Assembly: GCA_046758705.1 (NCBI GenBank)
Contig: JBHIAT010000050.1
Span: 1 to 21,358, forward strand
DNA: 21,358 nt
DNA from: Candidatus Bipolaricaulia bacterium
GTDB lineage: Bacteria > Bipolaricaulota > Bipolaricaulia > JBHIAT01
Direction: 5' to 3'
Shown here in pieces: positions 8,598-16,798 of the stretch; within the stretch, counting starts at the first letter, position 1; the number at the start of each line of letters is the position of its first letter. The notes beneath the pieces were generated by a model. The model did not search any database. It was not told the DNA's origin and saw only the letters and a list, made by a program, of their open reading frames with translations. A program made the position numbers and the translations under genes.

Positions 8598-9446
8598 ATG
8601 GCCTACAGCTACAGCCCGTACGATTGGCAACAGACGCTCCATCAGAAGGCGGAGTACGTCGAGGATCGGCTGAAGCGCGGCAGCCCCGTTGTCGCGCTGA
8701 GTTGCGTGTTGGGGATCTTGTTACTCACGATCCGGGGGAGTCAGCGAAAGATCTTTGAGATCTACGACCGGCTGGTGTTCACCGGACTCGGCAATCCTGC
8801 TGATCTGGAGGTGGTACGCCATCAGACGGTCGACTTCACCCACCTGGAGGGCTACCAACGCAGCCCGGAGGATGTCTCGATCCAGCGGGTGGTCGGCTTC
8901 TCCGTCAGCCCCGTCCTGAAGCGCTTCTTCAGCGATCCTCTCAGAATGCCGCTCGTGCTGAGGGGGCTATTCACCCAGGTCGGGGATCTCCCTGAGGAGG
9001 ATCTGTTCCTGACGGTCAACTACGATGGGGAGTTCAACACGCGAACGCACCACGCCGTCGTGGCCGGGACCGGGGCGGCCGAGGTGCAAATGGATCGATT
9101 GCTTAAGGGGCTCAGAACCGGAGTCGACCGACCCCTGTCTCTGGAGGCCGCCATCGAGGCCGCTTTGGAGGTGTGGACGGTAGGGTGGTGGCATGCCCGC
9201 CATGGAGAGGAGGGCGTGGGATCAGATGAGGATAATGGTGAGCCCGAGGGTGAGGGAGCGAACGGTCTTCCCACCGAGGAGGAACGCCATGAGTTCCTGG
9301 TCGACGCGCTCGCCGACGGTGTCGTTGAAGCCGTCCTGCTGGAGCGGGAGCCTCAACGAGAGCGCCGGTACCGGAGCCTTGAAGACGAGGAAGTGAGGCG
9401 GTTCCTGCCGCCCTCCCAAGGGCCGGCCGAGGGCGGGGGAGGGTAA
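8598..9446 (+). CDS. prcA: 20S proteasome alpha subunit
   Basis: YSPYDWQQTLHQKAEYVEDRLKRGSPVV N-terminal helix, KIFEIYDRL, VNYDG, EAVLLER; follows prcB. Confidence 0.92.
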   Translation: MAYSYSPYDWQQTLHQKAEYVEDRLKRGSPVVALSCVLGILLLTIRGSQRKIFEIYDRLVFTGLGNPADLEVVRHQTVDFTHLEGYQRSPEDVSIQRVVGFSVSPVLKRFFSDPLRMPLVLRGLFTQVGDLPEEDLFLTVNYDGEFNTRTHHAVVAGTGAAEVQMDRLLKGLRTGVDRPLSLEAAIEAALEVWTVGWWHARHGEEGVGSDEDNGEPEGEGANGLPTEEERHEFLVDALADGVVEAVLLEREPQRERRYRSLEDEEVRRFLPPSQGPAEGGGG

Positions 9447-9452
9447 ACGACC

Positions 9453-10940
9453 GTGCCGGACCGCATCGTCGGGTTGGAGACAGAGTTTGGATGTCTGGTA
9501 CGCGATCCCAGCCTGGGTTCCCCGGAGGAGGTCGTCCGATGCGTGAAAGACACGGCATTTTGTTCCGGATCCGAATCGTGGGGATTGCTCGATCGCCATA
9601 GCCGCGACCCGTATTTCGAACCCGCCGAGTCCGGCGGGTTCCTCATCAACGGGGGGCGGTTGTACGTGGATTCGGTGGGGGATCATGAGGAGTACGCCAC
9701 TCCGGAATGCCAAGTGCTCATCGATCTGATCACGTACGACCGGGCCGGGCGACGTCTGCTCGGACGGCTGCTGCATGACCTGGGTTGGAGTAAAGGCGTC
9801 AGTTTCCATAGCAACAGCATCGATCACTTCGGTGGCCACACCTTCGGTTGTCACGAGAACTACTCCCTCGACCCGGATGCCCTGGCTACCCGAGATTCCC
9901 TCGCTCCGCTGATCCCGTTCTTGGTGACCCGACAGATCTTCGCCGGGTCAGGTCGGGTCGGCGGTCACCGGCTCACCCGAAACCTCGGGGTTCGGAAGAG
10001 CCATGAGCTGGCGAGGAACCCGATCGACCATATATTTATCGACCATCTCTACGGTGTGGAACCGGACCCAACGGTGGAGTTCCAACTGTCCCAGCGAGCC
10101 GATCATATCTTGTACATCGTCTCGGAGCGTGTCCGCTTCCGCCGGGCGCTGATCAACCCCAAGTGGTGGGACAGCTCTAACGACCTCGATCGTGCCCCCC
10201 GGCTGCACGTCCTGTTCGGTGAATCGAATATGTCGGAGTACGCGGCATACTTGAAGGTGGGAACCACCGCCCTGGTGCTCGATCTGCTGGAGGCGAACCA
10301 GGGGCCGAAACTCAGGTTGATCGATCCGATTCAGTCATTGAGGCAGATCTCTCGCGATCCCACCTGGCGCTGGATCGTGCGCACGCAAAAGGGGAAGACC
10401 ATATCTGCGGTGGACCTGCAACGCCTCTACTTGGAGGCAGCCATACGATGCTTCTCGGGTCGAGATGAGGAAACGGACTGGGTACTTAGAGAGTGGGGGG
10501 TCGTCCTCGACGGGCTGGGGCGCGATCCGACCTCGATGAGCGATCGACTCGATTGGGTCGCCAAACGCAACCTGTTGGAAACGTACATAGATGCCGAACG
10601 GATTGATTGGGGGGACGAGGTGCTGCATAGCCTCGACCTGGAATACCATAATATCGATCCCAAGAACGGCCTGTACTATGCTCTGGAGAGCATGGAACAG
10701 GTTCGTCGCCTGACGAACGACGAGGCGATCGAACGGGCGCTCTGTGAGCCGCCCCCGGACACCCGAGCCTACGGCCGCGCTCGCGTCATCAAGGAGTTGC
10801 TAAAACGAGGAGCACGGCATTACCGCATCGAGTGGGACAGCGTCTCGGCCGGCCAACGAGACCGGCGAACCCTAATCCTGGACAACCCATTCTCCCCCTA
10901 CCGACGTCAGGTGGAGCGATTCCTCCGGCGAATATGGTAG
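9453..10940 (+). CDS. pafA: PafA-family Pup/UBact-protein ligase
   Basis: GTG start; RIVGLETEFG, NGGRLYVDSVGDHEEYATPEC, GCHENY, LSQRADHI, RLHVLFGESNMSE, LKVGTT, LDWVAK, LDLEYHNI, PPPDTRA; last gene of the operon and paralogous to dop. Confidence 0.9.
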   Translation: MPDRIVGLETEFGCLVRDPSLGSPEEVVRCVKDTAFCSGSESWGLLDRHSRDPYFEPAESGGFLINGGRLYVDSVGDHEEYATPECQVLIDLITYDRAGRRLLGRLLHDLGWSKGVSFHSNSIDHFGGHTFGCHENYSLDPDALATRDSLAPLIPFLVTRQIFAGSGRVGGHRLTRNLGVRKSHELARNPIDHIFIDHLYGVEPDPTVEFQLSQRADHILYIVSERVRFRRALINPKWWDSSNDLDRAPRLHVLFGESNMSEYAAYLKVGTTALVLDLLEANQGPKLRLIDPIQSLRQISRDPTWRWIVRTQKGKTISAVDLQRLYLEAAIRCFSGRDEETDWVLREWGVVLDGLGRDPTSMSDRLDWVAKRNLLETYIDAERIDWGDEVLHSLDLEYHNIDPKNGLYYALESMEQVRRLTNDEAIERALCEPPPDTRAYGRARVIKELLKRGARHYRIEWDSVSAGQRDRRTLILDNPFSPYRRQVERFLRRIW

Positions 10941-10948
10941 CGTATTAT

Positions 10949-13900
10949 CTAGAAGTTGGTGATCACACCGAGTGAGGCGAGGAAGGTGTTGTAGGAATCC
11001 TCGGCGTTCAGATAGTCGACCCCGGTGATGTAGCTGATCGAGAAATTCAGAGCCCACATCTCTCCCAGTTGGTAGTCGAGCCCGAGCGTGACCTCGGCGC
11101 TCAGTTCGTCGGTCGCCTCTCCCTGTTCCTCTCCGACCTGGTAGTTCCCGGTGGTGGTGAATTTGGAGGAGATCCCCGGGGCGACGGCATAGCTCAGCGT
11201 GTTGGAGAGCGAATAGGTGGTCATTACTTGGTCCAGTTCGGTCCGCTGTGTCCAGTTCTGCGACAGGGATAGATTATCGGTTATTCCCGGGCCGAGCTGC
11301 CAGGTCAACCCGGCGGTGGTGGTGGTCGTAGCCGTCTCTTGCAGTCCGAAAGTCGGATGCTCCAACAGCCCGTTCGTCGCCCGAAACTCGAGGCGTGGGG
11401 TGATCCCCTTAAGCCCGGTGTAGCTGGTGCTGAGGGAAAGTTCATCCTGGGTGTTGCGCTTGATTCCGCTCCCCACGAGTTGTTGATCGACCTGACTCTG
11501 AGTGTAGGAGAGCCGGGTGTTCAGTTTCCTATAGACCCCGGTCAGGCCGCCGGTTCCGGAGATCGTCGTCGTCGGGGTCCCCGGAGCGAGGGGCTCGGTC
11601 TGATCCCACCTCAGGTTGACGGAAGGGGTGAGTCGCAACCCCCCTAGTTGGAAGCTTTTGAAATTGACCGTGGTGGACGTATTCTCCGTCCTTCCCGGCT
11701 CGCTGAATTCGCCCGTGAGGAACTGGTCGGGTTCCAGATCATCTATCTCCCAGCGGTTGTTCTGGCTGTAAATGGTGTTCACAGTGAATGGGCCGAAGTC
11801 GTTCGACCAGCGGGCCGACCAGTTAAGGGTCTGATTGCCATCGATCACCTGGGTCACCTTGATCGGCAGGGAGTAGTTCAGATTCAGAAACAGGTTCTTG
11901 ACGATCTCATAGCTGACGTTGCCGATCAGGTTATGGGAGACGAACGAGTTCAGCGCCTGGACCAGATCGTCGTAGTCCACCTGCTGGTAGCCGATCCCCA
12001 AGGTCAGCCGTCCGCTCAGGAACCGTTCGCTCACCGAGAGCTGATAGGTGCGCTGCCGTTTGTCGGTGAATGTTGGTATCTGAGTAGCCGACCGTTGGTC
12101 GGTGTAATCGAGTCCGATCTCTGGACCGAGCTCCCATTGCAGACCGAGGTCGTCGGTGACCGTCCGGCTCGACGACTGCTCCGAGTCGACGTGGGAGGCG
12201 GAGATGGAGAGTTTGGGGGTGATGTCGTAATCAGCGGCCAGGCTCAACCGTTGTTGGTCAAGACGGTTGAGCCAACCGATTGCGGTGAACGACGGCTCGA
12301 TCCGCTCGAAGCTCGCCCGTACCTCTCCCCGATCGAACCGGTAATCGAGGTCGACCCGTCCGGCCCAACCCTGGTCGATGATCGATGCGTCAGGATCCTG
12401 ATAGCGGAACTGATCCTCACCGGCGATTCCGGTATCCTCATCCGGATACTCTTTGTCGAGCAAACCGGTTTCAACTCTCCAGATGGATAGCTCGTAGGCG
12501 CTGTCCGCTTCGGAACCGATCCACAGGGTGGTCCCGTCGGCCGCCAGCGCGGTGATCTTCGGGTCGGCAGCCCCGCTGATCAGGTCGAGGCGAACCGAGT
12601 TGCGATAGAGCCCATCGTCCCTCCCGACCCAAAGCCTCCCGTTTTCATAAGCGACGGAATAGGCAGGACGCCCATCGGTCGGCGAGTTCCATCCAGTGGC
12701 GTCCACAAACCCCACGCCACTATCGGTCGCCACGTAGAGATTGCCATCATCCCCTATGGCCATATCGTGAACCGGTTCATCAGAAACGGTCTCGAACTTG
12801 GTCTGCGGCGGATCCAGCGACATCAGTCCAGCATCCGTGCCCAAGTACATCTTATTGTCATACTCCTCGATCATGAGGATGACGTCGCTGAGCATCTCCG
12901 GGTATTCCTCTGTGTCATAGATCGTCCACTCGTTTGTTTGTCCCTCATCCTTTAGGATGTCGAGCGATATCTTCCCAAACCCGGCATCGGTTCCCACCCA
13001 GAGTTCTCCTTGATCATCGTCGACAAAGACAGTGTAGATGGTGCTGCTCGGCAGACCATCGCTCGTGTGGAAACGTTTCCAGTTTTCCACGACCGGGAAC
13101 GGATCGAGTTCTCTCTCCAATGTGGTGAGCCCCGACTCGGTGGCAAAGAACCAGCGATCTGGATCGAAATCGATATCGTAGACCGTCCGCCCTGACAGGC
13201 CGTCTGAGACATCGTAGCTCGTCCAGCTTGGGGTCTGATAGACGGTCAGTCCATTCCGGTGGGCAAAGAAGACCGTTTGGCCCGGATCGGGATCAGCAAA
13301 AATATCATGAATCTGGTTGAATTGGTTCGCTTTGCTGTTGTTATCGAACGGGAATTCGTCGTGGTTGTACGCCAGTTCGAGGTTCAGATCGAAGGCATCC
13401 CCGGTGTATCGGGCGGTGAAGCCCGTCACCGTATGGGTATTCGGCATGGTCGTGGCGCGCTCCGGATCGACGGTCGGTGTGGGACTGTCCTTCAACTGGA
13501 GCAGGTCAACGTTAAAAGAGAGGCGGTCGGTGGGTTGATACCCGAACGATACTCCGTAGAAGTTGCTCTTGTACTCGGTGAAGCCGCCGAGCCCGCCCCG
13601 GAACGTCTCGTAGTCGATCCGCAGCACGTCGTCGATCGTCACTTCACGGAACAGGATCACGATACCGAACTCGTAGTCGATGGTGTAGTCGATGTCCCGC
13701 TCGAGCAGCTCATCGTTCAGATAGACCTTCTCGCTCCCCTGGACGATCGACAGCCCCAGCACATAAACGTTCTCTGAAATCGTGTAGTTGTAGCTTGTCC
13801 TGATTGCATATAAGCCGCCCGAAAGCAGCTCGAGGATGCCCTCCTCGTCAAAGATGAACGGATCCAGATCGGGACGTACCTGCTCTATGGGTTGATAACT

Positions 13901-15043
13901 GTCGCTGGATGTCAATTTTACCTCAATCGTCACGGTATCCAGTTCGATCTCCTGATGGCCCAGGTCATAGAATCTCCTCCGGCTGTAGCTGTTTAATGGG
14001 GTGGCCACCAGCGCCTCGGTGTTCTCCGGCGGGCTGCCCGCTTCAATCTGGACGTGCTCATCTCGCAACTCCTCAAGAAACAAAAGTTCGGGATCGGTTC
14101 CCTCATTCCAGGGGTACTGTTTCTGCGCGTCACCTTCCAACTCGTTCTTCTCGTTATATTCCCGGATGAAATCCTGGATTTGATCTCTGAGCAGGTCTAA
14201 CGCTTCCCGCTTCAGGAGCAGGTAGTGCTCCTCCCCTAGGGTGGTGATGGCCACATACACCCCTGAACTGATCTCCTGAGTGTCTCCTTCGGCGAGCACC
14301 CCATCATCCGTGTCACTCTCCCGATAGAGGTAGTCCAGTCCGTAGTTCATTAACAGGTCCTTCAGGCTCCGGCTGGCCCCTCCAGCCGTTTGATATCTCA
14401 ACCGCACCTCCATAAAATCCGAGTCGAACCTGTCATCCAGTGGACCGTAGAACTCAAGGCCCTCAATGTCGGCGACGAGCTGATCGTTCTCGTCTCGTCT
14501 TGGACTGTAGGAAGCATCCGGTTCAAATGCGGTGATATCACTGCTTGAGTTTCCAGAGAATTCCTTGGAGGCCGAGGTCCCCTGGATCCGGGAGATGACC
14601 CCGGTGGCCGAGAACTCGCTGAGCGCTCCGGTCAACTCCGCTCCCTTCAGGCTCTTGTTGTAGACCGTGTAGCGGTTGTTCGGCCGGAAGGTGAAGTCAC
14701 CGAACCGTCCTTTCCAGTTGTCGGTATCCAGTGTAATCGTGATCAGCTGGAGGTTCTCATCGCTGAAATCATCGAGGTGGGCCGAGATTGACAGGCCCGT
14801 GGCGATCTCGCCGGAGATATCGACGCCGAGGGACTGGTCGAGGAGGAGCTGGTTCCGCGCATAGTCCTGTCCTGGAATCCCCTCCTGGTCCCCCCAAGCA
14901 TACTTGAGGGTCCAGGTCTTGGTTCCCAAGATCTTCAGGTTGGACGACCCATCATCTCCCCCGTCCTGAGCGAAGGTGTTTATAGAGATCAACACCAACA
15001 ACGTTAAGGACAGGGCGAAGCGGGTGATCGGCATCGGTTTCAT
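10949..15043 (-). CDS. Large secreted, probable outer-membrane beta-barrel protein with SprA-like N-terminal motifs and an internal beta-propeller
   Basis: 1364 aa. Signal peptide (…LTLLVLISINTFA|QD); long amphipathic beta-strand C-terminal region ending in Phe (ASLGVITNF); propeller repeats SDGLSGRTVYDI, SDGLPSSTIYTV…LWVGTDAG, MYLGTDAGL, LYVATDSGV, LWVGRDDGL. The ORF is well supported; the function call is by-eye resemblance. Confidence 0.7.
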   Translation of the reverse strand: MKPMPITRFALSLTLLVLISINTFAQDGGDDGSSNLKILGTKTWTLKYAWGDQEGIPGQDYARNQLLLDQSLGVDISGEIATGLSISAHLDDFSDENLQLITITLDTDNWKGRFGDFTFRPNNRYTVYNKSLKGAELTGALSEFSATGVISRIQGTSASKEFSGNSSSDITAFEPDASYSPRRDENDQLVADIEGLEFYGPLDDRFDSDFMEVRLRYQTAGGASRSLKDLLMNYGLDYLYRESDTDDGVLAEGDTQEISSGVYVAITTLGEEHYLLLKREALDLLRDQIQDFIREYNEKNELEGDAQKQYPWNEGTDPELLFLEELRDEHVQIEAGSPPENTEALVATPLNSYSRRRFYDLGHQEIELDTVTIEVKLTSSDSYQPIEQVRPDLDPFIFDEEGILELLSGGLYAIRTSYNYTISENVYVLGLSIVQGSEKVYLNDELLERDIDYTIDYEFGIVILFREVTIDDVLRIDYETFRGGLGGFTEYKSNFYGVSFGYQPTDRLSFNVDLLQLKDSPTPTVDPERATTMPNTHTVTGFTARYTGDAFDLNLELAYNHDEFPFDNNSKANQFNQIHDIFADPDPGQTVFFAHRNGLTVYQTPSWTSYDVSDGLSGRTVYDIDFDPDRWFFATESGLTTLERELDPFPVVENWKRFHTSDGLPSSTIYTVFVDDDQGELWVGTDAGFGKISLDILKDEGQTNEWTIYDTEEYPEMLSDVILMIEEYDNKMYLGTDAGLMSLDPPQTKFETVSDEPVHDMAIGDDGNLYVATDSGVGFVDATGWNSPTDGRPAYSVAYENGRLWVGRDDGLYRNSVRLDLISGAADPKITALAADGTTLWIGSEADSAYELSIWRVETGLLDKEYPDEDTGIAGEDQFRYQDPDASIIDQGWAGRVDLDYRFDRGEVRASFERIEPSFTAIGWLNRLDQQRLSLAADYDITPKLSISASHVDSEQSSSRTVTDDLGLQWELGPEIGLDYTDQRSATQIPTFTDKRQRTYQLSVSERFLSGRLTLGIGYQQVDYDDLVQALNSFVSHNLIGNVSYEIVKNLFLNLNYSLPIKVTQVIDGNQTLNWSARWSNDFGPFTVNTIYSQNNRWEIDDLEPDQFLTGEFSEPGRTENTSTTVNFKSFQLGGLRLTPSVNLRWDQTEPLAPGTPTTTISGTGGLTGVYRKLNTRLSYTQSQVDQQLVGSGIKRNTQDELSLSTSYTGLKGITPRLEFRATNGLLEHPTFGLQETATTTTTAGLTWQLGPGITDNLSLSQNWTQRTELDQVMTTYSLSNTLSYAVAPGISSKFTTTGNYQVGEEQGEATDELSAEVTLGLDYQLGEMWALNFSISYITGVDYLNAEDSYNTFLASLGVITNF

Positions 15044-15098
15044 CCCAGATCCCCATGACTATTTTACCCAGGATCCGGGACGAACACCAAGGGGGGGA

Positions 15099-15137
15099 GG
15101 GCCATGGGCACGTATGCTGGACACATGCCCACAGCCC
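15099..15137 (-). other. 17-bp RNA stem-loop just after the htrA stop codon
   Basis: Minus strand GGGCUGUGGGCAUGUGU-CCAGC-AUACGUGCCCAUGGCCC pairs continuously with 4 G-U pairs; no U tract follows. Confidence 0.6.
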
Positions 15138-15147
15138 ATATAGTCGA

Positions 15148-16623
15148 TCAGCGGAGCGGCATGAACCGGGTCCGGTCTCCCCGCATGATGGTGAAGACCG
15201 GATTCTCATCCTCACTTATCCCGCCGACGATCTCGTTCCATTCCTCGACGGAGTTGACCGGGCGGCGGTCGACTTCAAGGATCACATCTCCAGGCTGGAG
15301 CCCGGCCCAAAACGCCTTGCTCCCTGACTCGACATCGATGATGGCCATTCCCTCATCCGTTGCAAGATCCATCCGCTCAGCGAGATCCCTTGAGTTCTCG
15401 GTAACGGTGACCCCGAATTTGGGAACCGGTGCAACGCCGCGGGGGGCGAGTGCCGAGGTCTCCGGCCGCTCACCCAGGGTGACGTTTACCTCGATCTGCT
15501 GACCATCCCGGATCACCTCTAAGGTGACCTGCTCGCCGACCTGTCGAAACATGATCTCATCTTGCAGGCCACTCGGGCCTTGGATCAGGTTGCCGTCTAC
15601 TTTGAGGATCACATCGCCGCGCTCGAGTTTCCCGTCGGAGGGCGAACCTCCCACCACGTCGCTGACCAGAGTGCCCCGCTCCGGTTCGACATTGAACTCC
15701 TCGGCCAGCTGTGGGGTGACCACCTGGATGAAGACGCCGAGCCACGCCCGTCGCACCCGGCCCGTTTCGATCAGTTGGGGTAGGATCTGTTTGGCACTGT
15801 TGATCGAGATGGCGAAGTTGAGCCCCTCCAGGGGGATGCCCCGATCCCCGGCCCGTTGGATGGCGGCATTGATGCCGATGACCTCCGCGTGGGCATTGAC
15901 GAGAGGGCCGCCGCTGTTACCCGGGTTGATGGCGGCGTCGGTCTGGATCATATCACGATACAGGCCGTTGCCGTTGGGCTTCGGGATGTCCCGGTGTAGT
16001 GCGCTGACGACCCCGACGGTGACGGTGCTGAACAATCCTTCGGGGTTGCCGATGGCGATCGCCCATTCCCCGATGATTGCCCCATCTGAATCCCCGAGCG
16101 ACAGCGCCGTGGGCAGATTGTCGAGGCTGGCGCCGAACAGTCCCTGCCTCAACTCCAGGACCGCCAGGTCTACGTCGGCATCGCTGCCGATCACCTCGGC
16201 ATCGTATCGCTTGCCGTTGGGGAAGATCACCGTGATCTTATCGGCGTCGGCTACCACATGCTGGTTGGTCAGCACGTATTTGCGTCCACCGAACTGGATC
16301 ACGAATCCCGAGCCCAGTGCCGAGATCTGACGCTCCCGCTCATCGAACGGGGCCGGGTCCCCAAAGAAGAACCGGAAGTATCGCTCGAAGGTCTCATCCT
16401 GGAAGAACCGACTGAACGGATCTTGAACCGCCACCTGACGGGTAACCTCGATCCGTGCCACCGAGGAGCCGGTCTCTTGGATCACATCGGTGATCGCATT
16501 CTGGCGCGATATGGTGATCTCGTCTTGGGCGCTGGCCGGGGTGTCGGCCGGGCCCCACAGGGAAAGACCGATCCCGATGAACAAAAGCACCAGGATCGGC
16601 AAGAAATAGCGCTTCATTTGCAT
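15148..16623 (-). CDS. htrA: HtrA/DegP (Do-family) serine protease with two PDZ domains, 491 aa
   Basis: Start reassigned to ATG 16623 (RBS AGGAGGT just upstream; signal peptide MQMKRYFLPILVLLFIGIGL…ASA|QD). LGSGF, TNQHVV (His), DLAVL (Asp), IQTDAAINPGNSGGPL (Ser); PDZ motifs WLGVF and AGLQPGDVILEVD. Confidence 0.95.
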   Translation of the reverse strand: MQMKRYFLPILVLLFIGIGLSLWGPADTPASAQDEITISRQNAITDVIQETGSSVARIEVTRQVAVQDPFSRFFQDETFERYFRFFFGDPAPFDERERQISALGSGFVIQFGGRKYVLTNQHVVADADKITVIFPNGKRYDAEVIGSDADVDLAVLELRQGLFGASLDNLPTALSLGDSDGAIIGEWAIAIGNPEGLFSTVTVGVVSALHRDIPKPNGNGLYRDMIQTDAAINPGNSGGPLVNAHAEVIGINAAIQRAGDRGIPLEGLNFAISINSAKQILPQLIETGRVRRAWLGVFIQVVTPQLAEEFNVEPERGTLVSDVVGGSPSDGKLERGDVILKVDGNLIQGPSGLQDEIMFRQVGEQVTLEVIRDGQQIEVNVTLGERPETSALAPRGVAPVPKFGVTVTENSRDLAERMDLATDEGMAIIDVESGSKAFWAGLQPGDVILEVDRRPVNSVEEWNEIVGGISEDENPVFTIMRGDRTRFMPLR

Positions 16624-16637
16624 GGTGACCTCCTGGC

Positions 16638-16663
16638 TTGTATTACAAAGCTTTGCAATATAA
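16638..16663. promoter_or_regulatory. 26-bp imperfect palindrome next to the htrA RBS
   Basis: TTGTATTACAAAG|CTTTGCAATATAA, 11 of 13 positions dyad-symmetric. Confidence 0.5.
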
Positions 16664-16682
16664 CTTATAAGAAGCTGCAGGG

Positions 16683-16721
16683 TAGAAAAGCAATGGAAAA
16701 CGGGTGGAAGTCCAGTGGAAA
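16683..16721. promoter_or_regulatory. Four direct-repeat boxes at 11-bp phase, candidate OmpR/PhoB-family operator
   Basis: TAGAAA 16683, TGGAAA 16694, TGGAAG 16705, TGGAAA 16716, in the divergent htrA/kinase intergenic region. Confidence 0.6.
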
Positions 16722-16798
16722 CCTCCGGCGCGGTTGAAGCTCCGGTGTGACGGCGATAGAATGAAATGAGACATAGATATCGCACGGAGAGTGGCGTG

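Noticed and set aside
5983-10940. Shared DNA patches between dop and pafA (e.g. GTGACCCGxCAGATCTTCGCCGGG)
   Set aside because: Explained by known paralogy and conserved protein motifs, not a mobile repeat.
4879-16330. Long antisense or alternative-frame ORFs (e.g. 6205-7320, 7836-8642, 11648-12490, 15524-16330)
   Set aside because: Expected shadows of GC-rich coding sequence, each overlapping a well-supported gene.
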